Shown here in pieces: positions 60,627-64,000 of a DNA stretch of 64,000 bases. Position numbers and translations under genes: made by a program. Numbering within the stretch: the first letter of the stretch is position 1; each line of letters opens with the position of its first letter. Below the pieces are notes generated by a model. That model searched no databases. It was not told the DNA's origin and worked only from the letters and a program-made list of their open reading frames with translations. This DNA comes from Selaginella moellendorffii (taxonomy: Eukaryota > Plantae > Lycopodiophyta), in the NCBI RefSeq assembly GCF_000143415.4, contig NW_003314309.1, forward strand, positions 1,053,199 through 1,117,198, written 5' to 3'.

Positions 60627-62828
60627 TGGTGCTACCACACCTCCATCATTATCTGGGTCACCACACTCCAACCGCATGCCTTCCAGCTTAGGCCATGCCG
60701 TTCCCGCTTCCGTTGGGATTCCCTTGGCAAGGGGTTCTTATGAACCCACCATCATAACCTCCAGGTATCACACCTTGGCACATTTGGTGTCTCCACACCA
60801 TCGGCCCCACAAGCCTACCCTTATGACACTATTTATTAGTGTCTAGGTCTTTGCCAAGACCAATATAGTTGTTCCTCATGCTAACTATCTGTTAGCACCG
60901 CACCATAGTGTTTGCACCCAACTCTGGGCCAAAGTTGCTTTCTTCTGGGAACATCTTTCCCACAACTTTAGTATGGCACCTTCTGCCATCAATGAGATAC
61001 CTACTGTTCTCATACTTGGATCTTATGATCCTCCCCATACCTCATGGGGCACCATACACTTCGGTCCAAATGCTCTAACCAATTCCTTAGGACCATTCCC
61101 TGACTCCGCTTGAGTCATCCAGCATTTTGGACTTTGCTAATCCAACAACTTGCGAGGTCTCAGTCTTAGAGGTGCCAACTTACTGGAATACAACTTCTTG
61201 TATTCATGTCCTACTCACAAGGACAACTTTTGCAAGTGTTACTTTGACACTTGATGATTTTCTTGGGGCTAACCTTTGCCCCTTAGGACTATTTATCCAT
61301 GTGATGAGGATAGCAGCTCATCTTTAAGTACACCCCCAATCCCTTGGGTTGTTCCAGCATTTATTAGAGGTAACCCCGGCTACCATTTCAAGGACTGGTG
61401 TCCTCTTCTATATTTGACCTCCCACAGTCAACAATTCCAGTCTCAAATTTATGAGTACCAGCCTCAACCATATAAGGGTAATCTTGTGACTCCTTTATTG
61501 TTTTGGAGTCTGCATCTTTCCCGTGATCCCAACTATAGTTGTTTACCACAACTACATTAGCTCGTTTATTGCGTCAAACGCTCATCTGGATCACATCCTC
61601 AACACTCTGAGGAACCCTTATACTGTTCCCAAGATCCCAAAGTCGTTCCCTTACTGCCCCTCTTCCATCCACCACATCGTGCACAAGTTCACGCATGAAC
61701 TTGAGTGGAGAGCCATGTCCTCTCGACATGCTACTCCTCGAGGATAGGTCCATATCTAGGACCTTCCAACTCCAATACAAGTGGTGATATGCTTTAGCAC
61801 CAATAAAAGTCGGACTAAGGAACAGCTCTGATACCAAGTTGTAACCGACTAAATTTTTCCATTTTATTTTAGTCACTTAACCGCATCTCCGACCACTTGA
61901 AGGAGTCTCACTCACAACCTCCATAAGTCCTATTTCGGACTTGGGCTTGCTAGCCCCTAGAATGGCATCCCCGCCACTCAACCTTTGCACTTGGTCTAAG
62001 TGCCCCACGTGTCCGATCCCATGACTAACACCCCAAGGTACCACTAACATATCAGCCCGTTACGCTAAGGCCATGCCCATTCACCTTGGTCACACTAGTG
62101 ATCTAACACCACTTGCATCACAATCTTGTCTCTCAAAGACTGGGCCATCCATTCACGAGTGATCATCCCAGATCCACTCCTTAGCATCCTTAGGATGCCC
62201 ACAGACATGGGGAATAGCCTTCCCCAACATCCCTTTATTAGTTCCTACCAAGTCCCTTTCCCGTCCATGGTTATGTTCACCAACACTGCCACTAGATTGA
62301 GGCCCGCAGGCCCGGCCACTAAGTCCCATTGTGGGACTTCCTCACCATGTAACTGTATCCGTAGTCACTACACTAGAAGACTGCTCCTCCTCCTTTCCCC
62401 CATTGGGACTTCGGGACAACATTTCGGAACACCGTGGCTCTACGTGAGCCCCATAGGTACTCTCCCCACCTTCCGCCTTTAGGTGCTCTAGCCATGGGCT
62501 TAGAGCGAGGTCCATTGAGCCACACCAGGTATCCAAGTAGGTAGTGCCACCCACACTTGGACTGGGAGCATCGGCCAGATGATCTCCCGGGGGAACTAGA
62601 GCCGGCTCTTGAACACTTCACCAAGCTACCCCGCTTGTCGGTCCGTGTTCACTCTAGTCTTGGACTTCCCAGTGGTCAACTCATCACCCAACACTGGGTG
62701 TAGCCTCTCTGGGCCAAACAGGCCTTTCCTGGCCAAATTGGCTCCACTGCAGTCCTCCCCCTACTATACTTTTGGAGCTCACCAAACCCCCCAGGGTCTG
62801 GGAGACGAATGCTTTGGGCTTTCACCCT

Positions 62829-63262
62829 CTCAGACTTGAACTCGGACTTGGACTCGGACTTGGACTCGGACTCGGACTCGGACTCGGACTCGGACTCGGA
62901 CTCGGACTCGGACTCGGCCTCGGTCTCGGTCCTGATCTCGGTCTCAGTCTCGGTCTCGGTCTCGGTCTCGACCTCGGACTCCATCTCGGGTCCATCTCGG
63001 ACTCCATCTCGGATTCCATCTCGGACTCCATCTCGGACTCCATCTCGGACTCCGTCTCGGACTCCGTCTCGGACTCCATCTCGGACTCCGTCTCGGACTC
63101 CATCTCGGACTCCGTCTCGGACTCCATCTCGGACTCCGTCTCGGACTCCATCTCGGACTCCGTCTTGGTCCATCTCGGACTCCATCTCGGACTCCGTCTC
63201 GGTCCATCTCGAGCTCCACTTCGGGTCCATCTCGGACTCCACTTCGGGTCCATCTTGGACAC
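62829..63262. repeat. Hexamer/12-mer minisatellite in the right LTR
   Basis: Same units as 57003-57500 but with different copy numbers. Confidence 0.95.
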
Positions 63263-64000
63263 TTCCACTTGTCATGTGTTGGTCCTTTTGGGTCCCTTTT
63301 TGGAGCCTCGCTTATTGCTCGCTTCATGCTCGTTCCTTGAGCACTCCGTTGGGAGTTCCACTCCCGCTCTCAACCTCTCAAGTCGGAGCCTTTTAGTCCA
63401 AACGTGTTATGCTCGTTTGGCTTTTGCTTTGGCCACTACCATGTGGCACCCTTTCGGCTCCACTTTGGGGCTTAGGGATTTGTGTCTCACATAGTCCTAG
63501 AGCAACCAGCATCCCAGTGCCAAGACCAACACGCAAAATGGAGCCAAACAGAGTTTGGCACTATTTCAGCATACTAATGATCTAATGCAAGGATACGGGT
63601 ACTCCACCAGCTGATATGAAATGGAACTTGGGCTTTGACCCAAGCCAAATACAAAACAAGGACAAGCACGCAAGCAAGAACTAAACTATGCCTCAAATTA
63701 GTCAACCATACCTGATCTACCCACTATCCCCCTCCCCTTGAGGAACACATGTTTTGGGCTTTCACCCCAAGCCACCTTTAATACTAGGAGTTAGTCTCTA
63801 GGACAAGCTTGAAACTTACTAAATATGGAATGTTCTTAAATTGCAAATTTGGACATGGGACGAACACTATTGTATTCAGGATAATTTTTACATTCCATAA
63901 ATATACTAAATGAGCAAATCTAGACACTTTCCATAATTAACATGTGGGACCGAAATGAAACTAACACAAAGAGCATGATAGTGAGGGTGTTTGGCAAACA

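Larger units (their letters stand above)
56009..63491 (-). mobile_element. Non-autonomous LTR retrotransposon (LARD-like), 7.48 kb
   Basis: LTRs 56009-57731 and 61840-63491 (TG...CA); tRNA-iMet PBS TGGTATCAGAGC (rc of 61825-61836); PPT-like GGGTGGTGGAG next to 57732; TSD CAGTC/TAGTC. The 4.1-kb interior lacks long ORFs and recognisable RT/integrase. Confidence 0.92.
55710..64000. repeat. Second copy of the 6.9-7.7 kb repeat, split by the 7.5-kb LTR element (pieces 55710-56008 and 63492-64000)
   Basis: Both flanks of the LTR element align colinearly with the 7-kb copy and join at CAGTC. Confidence 0.75.

Noticed and set aside
60200-61830. Possible gag/protease remnants in the interior of the 7.5-kb element
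   Set aside because: Only vague, stop-ridden similarity in the expected position; cannot be supported without a profile search.
57003-63262. Regular repeats as a possible CRISPR array
   Set aside because: No unique spacers and no cas genes; eukaryotic LTR minisatellite. The 42.7-kb triple repeat likewise lacks spacers.

Overview
Eukaryotic plant genomic DNA, most likely the lycophyte Selaginella. This is an inference from the very short (mostly ~45-95 nt) GT-AG introns, the extreme gene packing and the gene content. Layout: (1) 1-8.7 kb holds decayed Ty3/gypsy remnants, a chimeric string of gene fragments (galactokinase + ATM3-type ABC transporter + peroxidase) and an intact class III peroxidase. 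(2) 8.9-12 kb holds a neprosin protease, CKS1 and a ginkgotide-like hevein peptide. (3) 15-34.8 kb is an ultra-compact block: EMS1-type LRR receptor kinase, tubulin cofactor B, ArgC, V-ATPase E, a HAD phosphatase, an exonuclease-MutS fusion and PATROL1. (4) 34.9-40.9 kb holds pseudogene debris and an orphan coiled-coil gene. (5) 41-52 kb holds a CYP716-like P450, a full-length decayed short-LTR gypsy element, a kinase-less LRR protein with a BRI1/BRL-like island domain and a TIC32-like SDR. (6) 53-64 kb holds nested retroelements, including a 7.5-kb non-autonomous LTR element with minisatellite-bearing LTRs. The standout is the gene at 25064-29777 (-). It fuses a DPD1-type DEDDh exonuclease to a cyanobacterial-type MutS1 that keeps the mismatch-binding FxE motif but lacks the clamp and has a degenerate ATPase, and it ends in a small DnaX/DnaA-N-like domain. 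This is a candidate stand-alone organellar mismatch-directed nuclease. All homology calls come from motif recognition by eye; no searches were run.
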